Positions 19,149-30,453 are shown, numbered from the stretch's first letter. The stretch: 64,000 nt of DNA from a candidate division FCPU426 bacterium (GCA_963771075.1 CAVYSE010000011.1:1-64000); one strand, 5' to 3'. Numbers and translations are program-made. The notes: a model not told the origin generated them from the sequence alone.

Positions 19149-22100
19149 GTGGAAGCGGTTTCAAAGAGGCTGAATATGGTCCATTCCAGTGTCCTTTATA
19201 AATCCCTGATTTTATTCCTCTTGGTTCTGTTTTCATTTTCCCAGGTTCAAGCGACGGTAGCTTTCGCCAATATTTTCACCAACAACATGATCCTTCAAAG
19301 AAATAGCCCCGTTAACATCTATGGAACCGCCTCGCCCGGTGAACCGATGACGGTAACCTTTGGCACCCAAAGCGTCACGGGAATCGCCAATTCCTCAGGC
19401 TCATGGGCAGTCACCCTATCCTCACTTACCTCCAATGCAATCGGGCAATCCCTTGCGGTCCAGGGACCCAGTAATACGGTCACTTACACGAATGTGGTCG
19501 TAGGCGATGTTTACCTGTGTTCGGGACAATCCAATATGGATGATGTTTACCTGTCCGAATGCACCCCGAACGGGTCGACCGACGCGGCCAATGCCAATTA
19601 TCCAAACATCCGCATGCTTCATATCGCGGATTCAATCCAGCAATACCCCTTGGCGGATATCCCCCTCAATAGCTGGTTTACCTGCACTACCGCCAATACC
19701 TCGAATGTGGGGAATTTTTCGGGTTTAGCCTTTTATATCGGCCGAGATTTGTACCAACAGGAGAACGTGCCCATTGGCCTGATCCAATCCGCGTTTGGAG
19801 GGATGCCGGCCGAGTCCTTCCTAAGCCAGCAAGCCCTATTGTCCGATCCCATTCTTTACCCGGCCGCTGTTTCCTTTGAGTCAGGGTTTACTTCCAGTAC
19901 GTCGACGCCTTGGCCCACGGGGGTTTATAACGGAATGATCGCGCCTCTTACCTCGTTCACCCTGAACGGCGTATTTTGGGACCAGGGAGAGTCGAATGAG
20001 GGATCACCTGGAATCCTTCCGGCCGAGGAATACGCCTATTTGCTTCCCGAAGTGATCAAGGATTGGAGGATGAAATGGAACAGCCAGCTTCCTTTTTTCA
20101 TCGTCCAATTGCAGAACATTGGAAATATGGAAGTCACCGAAACCAGCCCAACCACTCTCTGCACCTATTGGCCGGGCGCTTACGGCACGGGGCCCAATTA
20201 TCCCATCGCCAGCGTCGGGATCGCCGACGTGCGCTGGGGCCAGTTCAACGCCCTCAAGATGCCTTTTACGGGAATGAGCGTGAATTTCGACATGAACGGC
20301 GATCCCCTCGATTGCAACACGACTAATTCCTACCACCCGAAGAACAAGGAAGATTTCGCGGCCCGTTTGGTCCCTTGGGCCATGGACAAAATTTACAACA
20401 ACTCCCTTCCTCTATCCTTCACCGGCCCCCTCTATCAGTCCTACACCACCGTTGGTTCATCGATCGTTATCCAATTTACCTTCCCCAACGGCAACGGCGC
20501 TTCCGGTTTTGCCACAAGTGATGGAAACCCGGTGACGGGATTTCAAATCGCGCCTGGGGGATCGGACCCCGATTCCACAAGCTGGGTTTTTGCTTCCGCC
20601 ACAACCGTGGGAAGCACCGTGGTCGTCAGCAGCCCATCGGTCCCGGCTCCTGGGATGGTACGTTACGCCTGGGGTTGGGACCCGGTGGACCCCAACGGAC
20701 CCGTGGCCAACCTCACCGACGTCAATGGATACCTGGCTTCCCCATTCGAAACCGTGAATTATTCCGACATGACGGTTCTTGGCCCGGGTTCGGTCACGAT
20801 CCAAGATTTAAACCTAACCCCCTTAACCACCAACGGAACTGATTTTGCAACGGTGGGCTACAGCCAGCCGATGACAGAGACTTTTACCATTGCCAACGCT
20901 TCCGATGCCTTGGCTTCCCTTAGCCTGACGGGCCTGGCCGACGGAGGTACCAGCCTGGTACGCCTTACCGGGCCCAATTCGTCCGAATTTTCCGTTGTTT
21001 CCCAGCCCTTGGCCAGTGCCTTGGCGGTGGGAGGAACCACGACTTTCCAAGTGGCATTTCAGCCTGTTTCAACGGGGTTGGCCCAAGCCATCCTCCAGAT
21101 TCCAAACAATACCCCGCATAAGACACCCTATACCGTCTATCTCCAGGGTACGGGCAAGGACGACCGGACTCCCACCTTTACCCCGACGGGAACCTGGTAC
21201 ACATCCACCTCAACCATGACCCCAACCCCGACCAATACCTTGACCCCGACCGTCACTCCTAATATCGCGGTCAGCATGATCGATGATTTTGAGGAGAATA
21301 ATTTGGGAAACGCGGCCACCCGAACCAACCTTTGGGGCCAGCCTTGGGGGGCCTTCCTGGGCCCGTCCGGCAACTCGACCTCCATCAACGTTTCCTATTT
21401 CAGCCCGGGCGCCGCCAACACCAGCACTTCCGTCAGTATCTATGGAAACCTGGCTTCAGGTGGGTACTGTAATTACCTGACCTACCTGAAATCCGGGTCG
21501 GCGGCCTATAACGCGGTCGCCGCGGGGTATACCGGAATCCAATTCTATATTTATGGGGACGTGACCGGGCATACCTACCGTGCCCAGATCATGAGCGCGA
21601 GCATTACCACGGGGGATTATCTGGGCCAAAACGTGGTTGTGCAGGCGGACGGTCAATGGCATTTGATCCAAATACCCTTTTCCACCATGACCCAGGCGGG
21701 TTGGGGCACCCAAACGGGTCTTCCTCCCACTGGCACCGATATGACCGGGGTAAAATTCGACGTCGTCAGCCCTACCGCCGGGGCCTATTACTTCCTTTTA
21801 GACCAGGTCTCTCTGTATGGACCCGTGCCTACCTCCACCTACACGCCTACCATCAGTCCCACTTTTACACCGACCCCCTCGGGAACCTGGTTTACCTCCA
21901 CCTATACCATCACTTCCACGCCAACCATCACCTTTACCCCCACCGCAAGCCTCACTCCCACCCTAAGCCCCACTCCCGCGGGAACGGATAACACGGTCTA
22001 TAATTTCGAGGATGGAACCGTCATGGGATGGAGTTACGTGAATAATCAGGCCATCGCCACCCAAAATACCGGGGGTATTTTTTACCTGGGAAGCCACTCC

Positions 22101-22928
22101 CTGGCGGTAAGCCTGAATGTCACGGCGCCCGCCACCGATTCGGAGTTTGGGGCACAACCGGTCACATCCGTCGCCTCGAACTTGACGGGTAAGTTCGTGA
22201 TCGCCCACCTCTGGGTGCCGTCCACTTTTCCGACGTCCAGTACAGCTGACATTTACCTTAAAAGCGGTGCCGCTTGGGGTTGGCAAACGGGGCCAACCGT
22301 AACCCTCACCCCAGGGGCTTGGAATACGCTCACTTTAAATCCCGCTGTGCCGTTTAACGCGGCCGGTACCTCCGATATCACGAATGTCCAAGGGATAGGT
22401 GTGCAAATATTTGCAAGCGCCGCCTGGGCAGGAACGATTTACTTGGATTCGGTTGATATCCTCTCCGGCACCCCGACTCCCACGACCACACCCCTGAACA
22501 CCGCGACTCCCCCGCCCACGGCCACGCCGACGATCACACCCACCTTTGCCACCCCTACCCCCAACCTGACTTTCACGCCTTCCCCCACGGGCACCCCAAC
22601 CCAGACCCAATCTCCCACCCCAACCTTTACACCGATCCAAAATGTCGATCGGCCCTTTCCCAACCCCAATAATGGCTCTTCGCCCTTGTTTATTTACCAT
22701 AACTTGACCCAGCCCGCGGATAGGGTAAGTTTCAAGGTCTATACACTTTCATTCCGAAAAATCTATGAGGATGATTCGCTACCGACGGCCGCTGGCCAGT
22801 TCGGATACACCTTGGATTGGAATAAATCGGGTTTAAGTCTGTCCAATGGGCTTTATTATTTCGTCATCGTGGAGAAGCGCTCGTCGAGGGAAACTCAGAC
22901 CGTCTTGAAAGAGTTGATCATTCGGTAG
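19149..22928 (+). CDS. Secreted SASA (sialate O-acetylesterase-like) enzyme with Ig-like domain, two carbohydrate-binding-like domains, Thr/Pro linkers and T9SS-like C-terminal domain
   Basis: GDVYLCSGQSNM, WDQGESN, HPKNK, VRYAW; IDDFE and YNFEDG CBM-like starts; TPT linkers; PFPNP...NGLYY. Confidence 0.85.
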   Translation: MEAVSKRLNMVHSSVLYKSLILFLLVLFSFSQVQATVAFANIFTNNMILQRNSPVNIYGTASPGEPMTVTFGTQSVTGIANSSGSWAVTLSSLTSNAIGQSLAVQGPSNTVTYTNVVVGDVYLCSGQSNMDDVYLSECTPNGSTDAANANYPNIRMLHIADSIQQYPLADIPLNSWFTCTTANTSNVGNFSGLAFYIGRDLYQQENVPIGLIQSAFGGMPAESFLSQQALLSDPILYPAAVSFESGFTSSTSTPWPTGVYNGMIAPLTSFTLNGVFWDQGESNEGSPGILPAEEYAYLLPEVIKDWRMKWNSQLPFFIVQLQNIGNMEVTETSPTTLCTYWPGAYGTGPNYPIASVGIADVRWGQFNALKMPFTGMSVNFDMNGDPLDCNTTNSYHPKNKEDFAARLVPWAMDKIYNNSLPLSFTGPLYQSYTTVGSSIVIQFTFPNGNGASGFATSDGNPVTGFQIAPGGSDPDSTSWVFASATTVGSTVVVSSPSVPAPGMVRYAWGWDPVDPNGPVANLTDVNGYLASPFETVNYSDMTVLGPGSVTIQDLNLTPLTTNGTDFATVGYSQPMTETFTIANASDALASLSLTGLADGGTSLVRLTGPNSSEFSVVSQPLASALAVGGTTTFQVAFQPVSTGLAQAILQIPNNTPHKTPYTVYLQGTGKDDRTPTFTPTGTWYTSTSTMTPTPTNTLTPTVTPNIAVSMIDDFEENNLGNAATRTNLWGQPWGAFLGPSGNSTSINVSYFSPGAANTSTSVSIYGNLASGGYCNYLTYLKSGSAAYNAVAAGYTGIQFYIYGDVTGHTYRAQIMSASITTGDYLGQNVVVQADGQWHLIQIPFSTMTQAGWGTQTGLPPTGTDMTGVKFDVVSPTAGAYYFLLDQVSLYGPVPTSTYTPTISPTFTPTPSGTWFTSTYTITSTPTITFTPTASLTPTLSPTPAGTDNTVYNFEDGTVMGWSYVNNQAIATQNTGGIFYLGSHSLAVSLNVTAPATDSEFGAQPVTSVASNLTGKFVIAHLWVPSTFPTSSTADIYLKSGAAWGWQTGPTVTLTPGAWNTLTLNPAVPFNAAGTSDITNVQGIGVQIFASAAWAGTIYLDSVDILSGTPTPTTTPLNTATPPPTATPTITPTFATPTPNLTFTPSPTGTPTQTQSPTPTFTPIQNVDRPFPNPNNGSSPLFIYHNLTQPADRVSFKVYTLSFRKIYEDDSLPTAAGQFGYTLDWNKSGLSLSNGLYYFVIVEKRSSRETQTVLKELIIR

Positions 22929-23304
22929 TGCGCCAACCCGAAGGGTTTTTAAACTTCTTTTTTTGAACTATTCGCTCACATTGAAAAGAGTGGATCGGCC
23001 CTTGAAAACCGGTCCACCCGTTAAACCCATCCGAAAACCTTACCTCACAACCTCGTCATTCAAGACCTGGTAATCGCCCCTCATCCCGAAAACGTGGAAG
23101 GCCAGTATCGCCGGGAAGGGACGGGCACCGCGAAATGTACCAGGGGCAGGTGCAGCAACTCCATTTCATTGACGATCAGTACCAGTATTTTTCCCTTCCA
23201 AAAGAGAATCGGTTTGCCAGCGCACCCGGCGGGGTACAAGGGGCGCGGGTGGCTTATAATGAGCGTGTCCGTCAACCCCCAACCCTATTCACAAGGCGCA
23301 ATCT

Positions 23305-25398
23305 TTGAGTTCCTTCAAAAGGTCAACCATCCCTTTCTGGTTTTTAGGGATGAACATCGCGCTTACCGCTCTTTCACTTTCCCTGGGCCAACAGATGCTT
23401 GTCATTTTTTCCGGATTCGCTGTTCCGTTTTGGCTAATCTCTGGGAAAGCTTCTGGGGCCGACGCAAAGGCGCCCTCCGGCCCGGATTTTCCCTTCCTTG
23501 TCCCTCGCTGGGGGTGGCTGCTGGTGGCCGGGGCCGCGGTCGCCGTGAGACTCGTCCAATTGACCGGCCTTTCGCTTTGGCCTCTGGAAGACGAGGCCAT
23601 GAGCAGCCATTACGCCCTGGAACTGGCCCAAACCGGCCATTGGCAATGGACCTATGATTTCAGCGGGTTGCCGCCCCTTTATATCTGGATCCTGGGCGGG
23701 GTCTACAAGCTCTTTCATGTATCCCTCGTGACACTCTGGTTTCCGCCCGCCCTCTTTTCCTGCCTGGGTTTCTTCCTCCTTTGGCGGGGCATCCGTAGGT
23801 TGGCGGGTCCGGCCCTGGCCTTTTTGGTTATCTTCCTGGGCGCCTTCAGTTTCTGGCCGCTTTACCTGGCCCGGTTCTCGGTGGAAGGGGGGTTCATGGT
23901 TGCGTGGGAGTGCCTGGCCTTCGAGCGTTGGTCGGCCTTTCACGTCGCGAAGGAGAATGAAAAACCTGGTCAGGGCTTGGTCCTCGGTGTCACGGCGGGA
24001 ATGGGTTTTTTCACCTTCCAGGCCTGGCCGGTCGTGGCCTGCCTCCTCACCTTGGCGGTCTTTTGGGAAACGATCCTTAAGGGGCGAGGAAAGACCGGGG
24101 TATTTCTCCGGTTTTTCATCCCCCAGTTCCTTTTATTCATCCTGCTGGCCGCCCATTCCCTGCCGGAAAGGGCGGGACATTACGGTTATGTTTTTTGCAA
24201 CCCTTTTGGCCCGGGCTGGCCGATTCTCAACGACCCCTTTGCCCTTTTTTGGAAAAGCCGGCTCGCTCCCAATTTTTTCGCCTACCGTCCTTGGGGCGGT
24301 GGATTTTTGAATCCGATCCTGTCCGCCTTTTTCTTTTTCGGGGCCTTCAACCTTTTGTACCGGAAGGATGGGGCCGGTTTGTTGACCGGCCTTGGGATTT
24401 TTTTGCTGTTGGTCTTTCCCGGACTTATCACGGGCGGGGCGGACGCCCACCGCATCGCGCAGGTTTGCCCATTCCTCTTATTCGCCGCGGCCTTCGGCCT
24501 GGTCCGGTGGCTGGAGGGGTTTTCTCCCCCTTGGCGGACAACAGCCCTCGTGGGGGTTTTGCTCGTTTCATCCGCCTGGGACCTCCAACGGCTCCTCGGT
24601 GAGTACCATTCCCTTTGGACCCATCCCAAGGACAACTGGTTTGCCTCCAAGTCGGTCGAGCGCATGCGGGCTTTTCAAATCCTCCAACCCCTGGCCCAAG
24701 CCCAGGGCCCGGGGTTCGTGATTTGCGATCTGGTGCCGGACCTTTTCGACCAGAGCCTTTCCGACCTGGCCTTTCCATTCAACGCCGGTGTAAACCCCGC
24801 GATCCCGCCCGGAAAGGCGGGGTGGGCGGCCCTGTTCATCAACGAGAATTACCGGGAGTTCCTGCAAAAAGTTTTTCCCCGGGCCCGGTGGCTGAATTTG
24901 AGCGGTGACGTCGACCGGCCCAACGGGGGATTCATGTTGGGGTTGATTCCCCTGCCTTGCGCGAATCCGGGGGAATTAAACCGGATCCTCGTGGCCGACC
25001 AGGCCTCTCGCCAACTGGTGGACGCGACCTTCGACAACCACGACTGGAAGCCCCGGGGCCCGATCCTCCAGGGCCTTTTCGCCCGGTACCGGGATAATTT
25101 CCAAGGCGATGCTTTCCTGGAAGCCTGTTTTTTCGAGAAGGTGGCGGAACAGGAATATGGGGACAGGCAATTAGAGGGACAGGCCCAAGCCCTGCGGCTC
25201 GCGATTGAAAGGGGCCTGCCCGCGGCCCATTTGTACAACGGCTTGGGGGCTCTCTACTTGAGGAGCCGCCGGTATGGGGAAGCACGCGGGTGTTTCAGTA
25301 ATGCCCGGCGACCCGAGGCGCGGACTTCCGCCCGGGCGGGTCTGGCCGTCGTGGATGAGATGGAAAAAACCGGGCAACCTCCAGCCGGGGTTCCTTGA
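23305..25398 (+). CDS. GT-C (ArnT/PMT-like) membrane glycosyltransferase with C-terminal TPR-like region
   Basis: AVRL...LWPLEDE, PPLYIW, multiple TM segments; HLYNGLGALY; start uncertain. Confidence 0.7.
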   Translation: MSSFKRSTIPFWFLGMNIALTALSLSLGQQMLVIFSGFAVPFWLISGKASGADAKAPSGPDFPFLVPRWGWLLVAGAAVAVRLVQLTGLSLWPLEDEAMSSHYALELAQTGHWQWTYDFSGLPPLYIWILGGVYKLFHVSLVTLWFPPALFSCLGFFLLWRGIRRLAGPALAFLVIFLGAFSFWPLYLARFSVEGGFMVAWECLAFERWSAFHVAKENEKPGQGLVLGVTAGMGFFTFQAWPVVACLLTLAVFWETILKGRGKTGVFLRFFIPQFLLFILLAAHSLPERAGHYGYVFCNPFGPGWPILNDPFALFWKSRLAPNFFAYRPWGGGFLNPILSAFFFFGAFNLLYRKDGAGLLTGLGIFLLLVFPGLITGGADAHRIAQVCPFLLFAAAFGLVRWLEGFSPPWRTTALVGVLLVSSAWDLQRLLGEYHSLWTHPKDNWFASKSVERMRAFQILQPLAQAQGPGFVICDLVPDLFDQSLSDLAFPFNAGVNPAIPPGKAGWAALFINENYREFLQKVFPRARWLNLSGDVDRPNGGFMLGLIPLPCANPGELNRILVADQASRQLVDATFDNHDWKPRGPILQGLFARYRDNFQGDAFLEACFFEKVAEQEYGDRQLEGQAQALRLAIERGLPAAHLYNGLGALYLRSRRYGEARGCFSNARRPEARTSARAGLAVVDEMEKTGQPPAGVP

Positions 25399-25460
25399 GG
25401 AGAACAAAAAAAAGGCCGGGCCTAAAGGGGCCCAGCCTTCATGGTCTCAAGAATGAATTC

Positions 25461-28400
25461 CTAGCGCACGACCTCATAATTCAAGGCCTGGTACTCGCCT
25501 CTCATCTCAAAAACCAGGTCTTTCTTGTCCCTTTCAAAGGGAACCTTTTTTACCCTCGTGCCGGAGCCGTCCAGGGCCCAGACCGCGAGCTGGGTGGCGT
25601 CACCCTTGAGGTTAAGGATCCTGATCAAACCCTGCATAGGTTCCACCAAAACCGGCTCCTTGCCGGGATTCTTGAGCCGATTACCGGCCGGAACGGTTTC
25701 CATGCCGGTGTTGATGGCATTGCCCACCGCGGTGACCAGCAGGCGGGAAGCTTCCTGGACCGGCTTGTTATCCAGGCTTTGAACCAGTACCAGGCCATAA
25801 TCGTTTTTCAATTGGATGGAAACGCCGCTTAGGTTGAAGGTGGCGCCCCCGGAGAATCCGGAAAAGCCCTGGGTTCGAGGCGAGTCCACCTTTAGGATTC
25901 CCCGGCCGTAATCGTAAGTGATTTCACCCGTTTGGCTTTTGACCCACTTGGATTTTTCGGCGCTCTGGGTCAAGGCGGCGAGATCGCTGGGCTCGGGGGT
26001 GTCACCTGTGAACCGGACCCCGGTTTTTCGGGTCCAGGACAACAAGGAAGGGATCTGGTAGGTTGAACTCGGGTCTAGGGCCTCCGCGTCGGTAATGGCT
26101 TGAAAGGCTTCGGATGTCGCTTCTTTCACGTCCTGCCGGTGAAAGAGAAGGGCTGTCGCGGGCCAGAGGGCTCGTTGGGCCGGTTGGTTATCCACGTTAA
26201 AATTATTGTCCAGGGCCCCGTCAAAAAGGTCGCTGTGGCTGAATGCGAATTGAAGTGCGTTCCATCCCTGAAGGTCGCAGGCGGCCGCCATGGCCAACTC
26301 GGCCTCTTCCCGGTAATCGTTGGGGGCGGCCGATTGCCACTCGGTGACGATGTAAGGCATACCCAATACCCGTTTCAAACCCAGCGGGTTCAAAAGGTTA
26401 CCCTTTGAATCTTTCAGCATGGACCGGGGATCGAAGGTCACCGAGGGGCTATAACCCCATCCTCCCTCGGGGTTCGCCCAGTAGTTATGCCGGTCGATAT
26501 AATCCATTTGGGCGTTGGCGTAAAGGTCGGCGGGTATGTCGCACCAATGGTTGCTTCCGGTCATCAGGGCCGTTCCGCCCAGGCTTTTCACGAAATCCCT
26601 TTGGGTCTGGTAAAACTTGAGCTGGGTGTCGTAATAAAATCGGAAGGTGTCGAGTTGGCGGGCGCGGGTGTAGGCCTTTCGGCTGTCGTTTCGCCAGCTG
26701 GAAATAACCTCCACGGTGCCCTTTTTGGGGTCCTCTCCCGGTTGAAGACCCTTCAGGTTCGCCTCGTGGGTGACCGGCGCCCACCGTGCCTCCAAAGCCC
26801 TCCGGTTTTTAAAATGAGCGATCAGCCATTGGTTGAATAATTGATTGAACTCTTGCCGGTAGAAGGGGGAGGGTATCCCCGACTCGCCCGAATCCCCATC
26901 CCGGTAGAAAAGGCTGTCCTCGTTCATCACTTCCATCAGACAGACAGCGGGGTCCTCGGCGTAGGTCTTCCCGGTATAGGGATTCTTGTGGGTAAGAAGC
27001 TGCCGGATGAAGCCCTGCTCGAGCTTGATCAAGGTCGGATCGAATTCCCCCTCGACCTTATAACCGTTGGGCACATTTTCCGGGTCCTGAACGCCGTCGA
27101 CGGCCAGGGGTTTCCGGTGCACGATCAGGTCGAAATATTGGTAAATTCCCTTTTTCTGCAATTGGGCCACCAAGTAATCGAAGCGGTCGAGCGATTCGGG
27201 GTCGAGGGAAAGGGTATCGGCCTTGTTGCCGAAGATATTGCGGTTGGTCCAGGGGGCGTCCATGTGGTGATGGCGTGTCATGTTGACGCCCATCTGGGAG
27301 AGGGTCTCAGCCAGCCAATCGGCCTGCTCGTGGGTGGGGAAATTACTGGAGGCCACTAGGTTGATGCCCCAGAAGCGGGCCGGGGTGCCGTCGGCAAAGA
27401 TAAAATGGTCACCCTGGGCCGCCAGTTTTCCGTGCTTGCCGGCGGGGGAGTCGAGAAGACCGCTCATGTCCAAAGCCGTACCTTTTCGCGCCTTGACGTC
27501 CACCGGCAGGGCGGCGAACCAGCCTTTCGTGTCGTAGACCTTGGGGACGATCTTGGGCAGATAGGCCCCTTCCTTCCCCAGGGTCAAACCCGCCAGCATC
27601 AAATAGGAAGCGTCGCCGGGGGTGGAGGCGGTCACCGTGACGATGACTTTTTGGGGATGGGGATTGGGCCAGCAATAAAGGGTTAGGCCCACCAGGTCCC
27701 TCTCGGGATTGTCCCCGGTCCAGCCGATGCGGGCCACGGGACTCGTGCCGGGGGTCCACCAATCGAATACTTCTATATTGTTTCGCAGGGTGATCTCTTC
27801 ATGCGTACCGTCGCCGTACAACACGGTGTAGCTTCCCACCTTGGGGGAAGACCAAGCGGCTCCCTGGAGGAAATAAAGGGCGGTGGCCATTTTTCCCACG
27901 CGAATTTCCGATTTCGTGGGATAGGCCTGGTTCTTTTGGCCCTGAAGGACCACGCATTGGCGGTTGGGCGTGGCGGAAACAAGGAAGGGGATGCCGTTGA
28001 ATTGGTGGATCCCGAAGGGGATGCCGTAAAGGCTATTTTTACCCTGCCCCGTCCATCCCGTACCCTGGGGATCATCGAGGAAATTCTTGTTGGAGAAGCC
28101 GGAAAGATCGAGGGTGTCAAAGCTGTCTTTTTTCGCCTCCAACTCCTGGACCGTTAATTCGGTGATGCCGGCGCCCGGTACCATCGGTAGGGCGGCCTTG
28201 GCGTTGGGGTCTTTCACGAAGTCCACGTCGTCCACGGAAAGGTTGAAATCGGCATCGTTCACCGTTGGACAAAACTTCAGGACCGTGGCGTCAGCGAATC
28301 CGGGCGCGACAGCCTTGGCCCAAGAAGGCTGGGTAAAAGATTTGAATGGGGCTTCGACCAGGGTCCAATCGGCAGGGGCGGTGAAGGTGAATTCGTAATC

Positions 28401-28817
28401 CCCATAATCGGTCACGGAGGCTTTTTGGATCACCACCTTATAAACCTTGCCGTCCCCCTTGGCGTAGAAGCGAATGCCTTTAAAGGGGGAAAGGGAAAAG
28501 GGTCCGTTGGAGGCGTCCAGCGCCAGGGAGAGCTGGGCGTAAGGCCAAGGCGCCTGGTTCTTCCCAAAATGGCCCCAGATGCGGGCGCAATGGCCGGGAG
28601 AGTCGGAAGAACCGCCCTTGGCCGCCACGAAGGGGATGGGAGAAAGGGTGGTTCCCAGGCTGTTGTTATCGCAGCCGGTCCACCAGGAGGTGCCGGTGGA
28701 GGGTGTGTCGGTCTCGAAATCATCCACTTTCCATAGACCGTCGGCCCGTAACAGGCCTGGAAGGATGAGCGCCGAAAGGAGCCAGAATCTTAATAGACTT
28801 TTCCTGAAGCTTTTCAT
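25461..28817 (-). CDS. Secreted glycoside hydrolase (GH-A clan, GH5-like) with N-terminal CIA30/CBM11-like domain
   Basis: Signal peptide; VDDFE...KGIRFYAKGDGK; RFWGIN, RHHHMD, EVMNEDS acid/base, YIVTEW nucleophile. Confidence 0.8.
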   Translation of the reverse strand: MKSFRKSLLRFWLLSALILPGLLRADGLWKVDDFETDTPSTGTSWWTGCDNNSLGTTLSPIPFVAAKGGSSDSPGHCARIWGHFGKNQAPWPYAQLSLALDASNGPFSLSPFKGIRFYAKGDGKVYKVVIQKASVTDYGDYEFTFTAPADWTLVEAPFKSFTQPSWAKAVAPGFADATVLKFCPTVNDADFNLSVDDVDFVKDPNAKAALPMVPGAGITELTVQELEAKKDSFDTLDLSGFSNKNFLDDPQGTGWTGQGKNSLYGIPFGIHQFNGIPFLVSATPNRQCVVLQGQKNQAYPTKSEIRVGKMATALYFLQGAAWSSPKVGSYTVLYGDGTHEEITLRNNIEVFDWWTPGTSPVARIGWTGDNPERDLVGLTLYCWPNPHPQKVIVTVTASTPGDASYLMLAGLTLGKEGAYLPKIVPKVYDTKGWFAALPVDVKARKGTALDMSGLLDSPAGKHGKLAAQGDHFIFADGTPARFWGINLVASSNFPTHEQADWLAETLSQMGVNMTRHHHMDAPWTNRNIFGNKADTLSLDPESLDRFDYLVAQLQKKGIYQYFDLIVHRKPLAVDGVQDPENVPNGYKVEGEFDPTLIKLEQGFIRQLLTHKNPYTGKTYAEDPAVCLMEVMNEDSLFYRDGDSGESGIPSPFYRQEFNQLFNQWLIAHFKNRRALEARWAPVTHEANLKGLQPGEDPKKGTVEVISSWRNDSRKAYTRARQLDTFRFYYDTQLKFYQTQRDFVKSLGGTALMTGSNHWCDIPADLYANAQMDYIDRHNYWANPEGGWGYSPSVTFDPRSMLKDSKGNLLNPLGLKRVLGMPYIVTEWQSAAPNDYREEAELAMAAACDLQGWNALQFAFSHSDLFDGALDNNFNVDNQPAQRALWPATALLFHRQDVKEATSEAFQAITDAEALDPSSTYQIPSLLSWTRKTGVRFTGDTPEPSDLAALTQSAEKSKWVKSQTGEITYDYGRGILKVDSPRTQGFSGFSGGATFNLSGVSIQLKNDYGLVLVQSLDNKPVQEASRLLVTAVGNAINTGMETVPAGNRLKNPGKEPVLVEPMQGLIRILNLKGDATQLAVWALDGSGTRVKKVPFERDKKDLVFEMRGEYQALNYEVVR

Positions 28818-28880
28818 CAGCCGACCTCCTGGGGATGGGTCCCAAACCAGGGGACATGCTAGAATAAAAACCCTTCCCCC

Positions 28881-30359
28881 TTGGGAAAAAAATTGAACCT
28901 AATCGACGAGGTTTTCTTGAGCCATTCATCCAAGCCTTTTGACCAGGTGCCGCCCGAAATCACCTTTGTGACCCTTCCCCCGGCCCTGGCCCAATTCCAC
29001 CATTTGCCGACCCATGTTCCCGTTTGGATCCATAAAGAGGCCAATACCCAGGAGAAGGGTTACGATTTCGACGAGGGAGTGGGGGCCATGGAGGCCCTGC
29101 TGGAAGCCGCCCCCCAGGTACCGGGAGCCTACCTTTTCCAGATTTTCGTGAGGAAATGGCCCAAACTAAAGGAGATAAATCCCCTTTTCGCCTCGGCCCG
29201 CGTGGCGGAGGCCATCCCCAAGTTGGTGGAAGTGCTCCAAATCGATCCTGAGTGTCCCTTGACCTGTTTTCAGCTGGGTTATTGTTTTCGCGCGACAGGG
29301 GAACTGGAAAAATCCGAGTCTTTCTATAAACAAGCCCTCCGCATGGCGCCCGAAGCTGGCTGGATCTACAGCAACCTGGGACGGACCTACCTGGCCCAGG
29401 GAAATAAAACCAAGGGGGCGGAGGCCTATTGGGAGGCCTTGCGTCTTTTACCGGGAGACCACTTCGTCATCGAACAGCTCATCCAGATGGGGGAGCTTTT
29501 CGTGCTGGAAGGGCAGGACAAAAAAGGCCAGGAAACCGCCCTCTTTGTGAAGCGGGCCGATTACGAGAAAAAAATGCGCGAAATCCTGGAAAAAGAAACG
29601 AAAGCCCCGGCCCTGATGGGACTGGGCTGGCGGCTTTTAAGCGATTCCCTGTTGGACCTGGCCCAGTCCTGTTTTGAGAAGGCCTCCGCCGCGCCCAATC
29701 CCCCTCCCGACTTGCTCTTGGGAATGGGAATCACCCATCTCCAGGCGGGCCGGTTCGCGGAAGCCGAAAAACACCTCTGTGAATACCTGGATGAAACCCC
29801 CGAGTCCTCCCTGGGCCATTTGAACCTTTTCAAGGCCTACCTGGCCCAGGACGAAACCGACCTGGCTTGGGACGAGATCCAAACCGCGGTGAGGCTGGAT
29901 CCGGGCCGGGTCGAGATATTGCGTCAACTCTTCTATTTTTTCCGCGAGACGGAGAGATGGGAGGAAGGAATGGAATGGCTTCAGGAACTGGCGAGGGAAC
30001 ACCCCAACCTTCACGCGCCCCTTTTGGTGATCGCCCAGGCCCAGGCGGAAAGGGACCAATGGAAGGAAGCGGAACAAACCTTGACGGAAGCCCTCCTCCG
30101 CGGTCCCCATAACGAGGAGGTCCTTCTTTATTACAGTTCGGAGCTGGGTCGAAGGGGCCACCGGGAAGAACTCATCCAACTACTGGAAAAGGAGCCGGGC
30201 CCCCTGTCCTTTTCCCTGATCCTGAACCTGGCATTAGCCTTGAGCCAAAGCGGCCGCGTCCCGGACGGGAGAAAGCGCATCCAGGATTTCATGAAACGGC
30301 CGGATGCCACCCCCCTGGAGATCGAAAGGGCCCAGGCGATTATGAGGGAATTTAAATAG
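28881..30359 (+). CDS. Tetratricopeptide repeat protein
   Basis: Repeated TPR patterns such as FQLGYCFRATGELEKSESFYKQAL and YSNLGRTY. Confidence 0.85.
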   Translation: MGKKLNLIDEVFLSHSSKPFDQVPPEITFVTLPPALAQFHHLPTHVPVWIHKEANTQEKGYDFDEGVGAMEALLEAAPQVPGAYLFQIFVRKWPKLKEINPLFASARVAEAIPKLVEVLQIDPECPLTCFQLGYCFRATGELEKSESFYKQALRMAPEAGWIYSNLGRTYLAQGNKTKGAEAYWEALRLLPGDHFVIEQLIQMGELFVLEGQDKKGQETALFVKRADYEKKMREILEKETKAPALMGLGWRLLSDSLLDLAQSCFEKASAAPNPPPDLLLGMGITHLQAGRFAEAEKHLCEYLDETPESSLGHLNLFKAYLAQDETDLAWDEIQTAVRLDPGRVEILRQLFYFFRETERWEEGMEWLQELAREHPNLHAPLLVIAQAQAERDQWKEAEQTLTEALLRGPHNEEVLLYYSSELGRRGHREELIQLLEKEPGPLSFSLILNLALALSQSGRVPDGRKRIQDFMKRPDATPLEIERAQAIMREFK

Positions 30360-30453
30360 AAAGGCTTTACCCAAGAGGGAAGAAGACACCATTAAGAACC
30401 CAAAGAGCCCCGAAATTAAACAGGAATTAAAAAAAGCGTTTGTGTCCCTGGGG

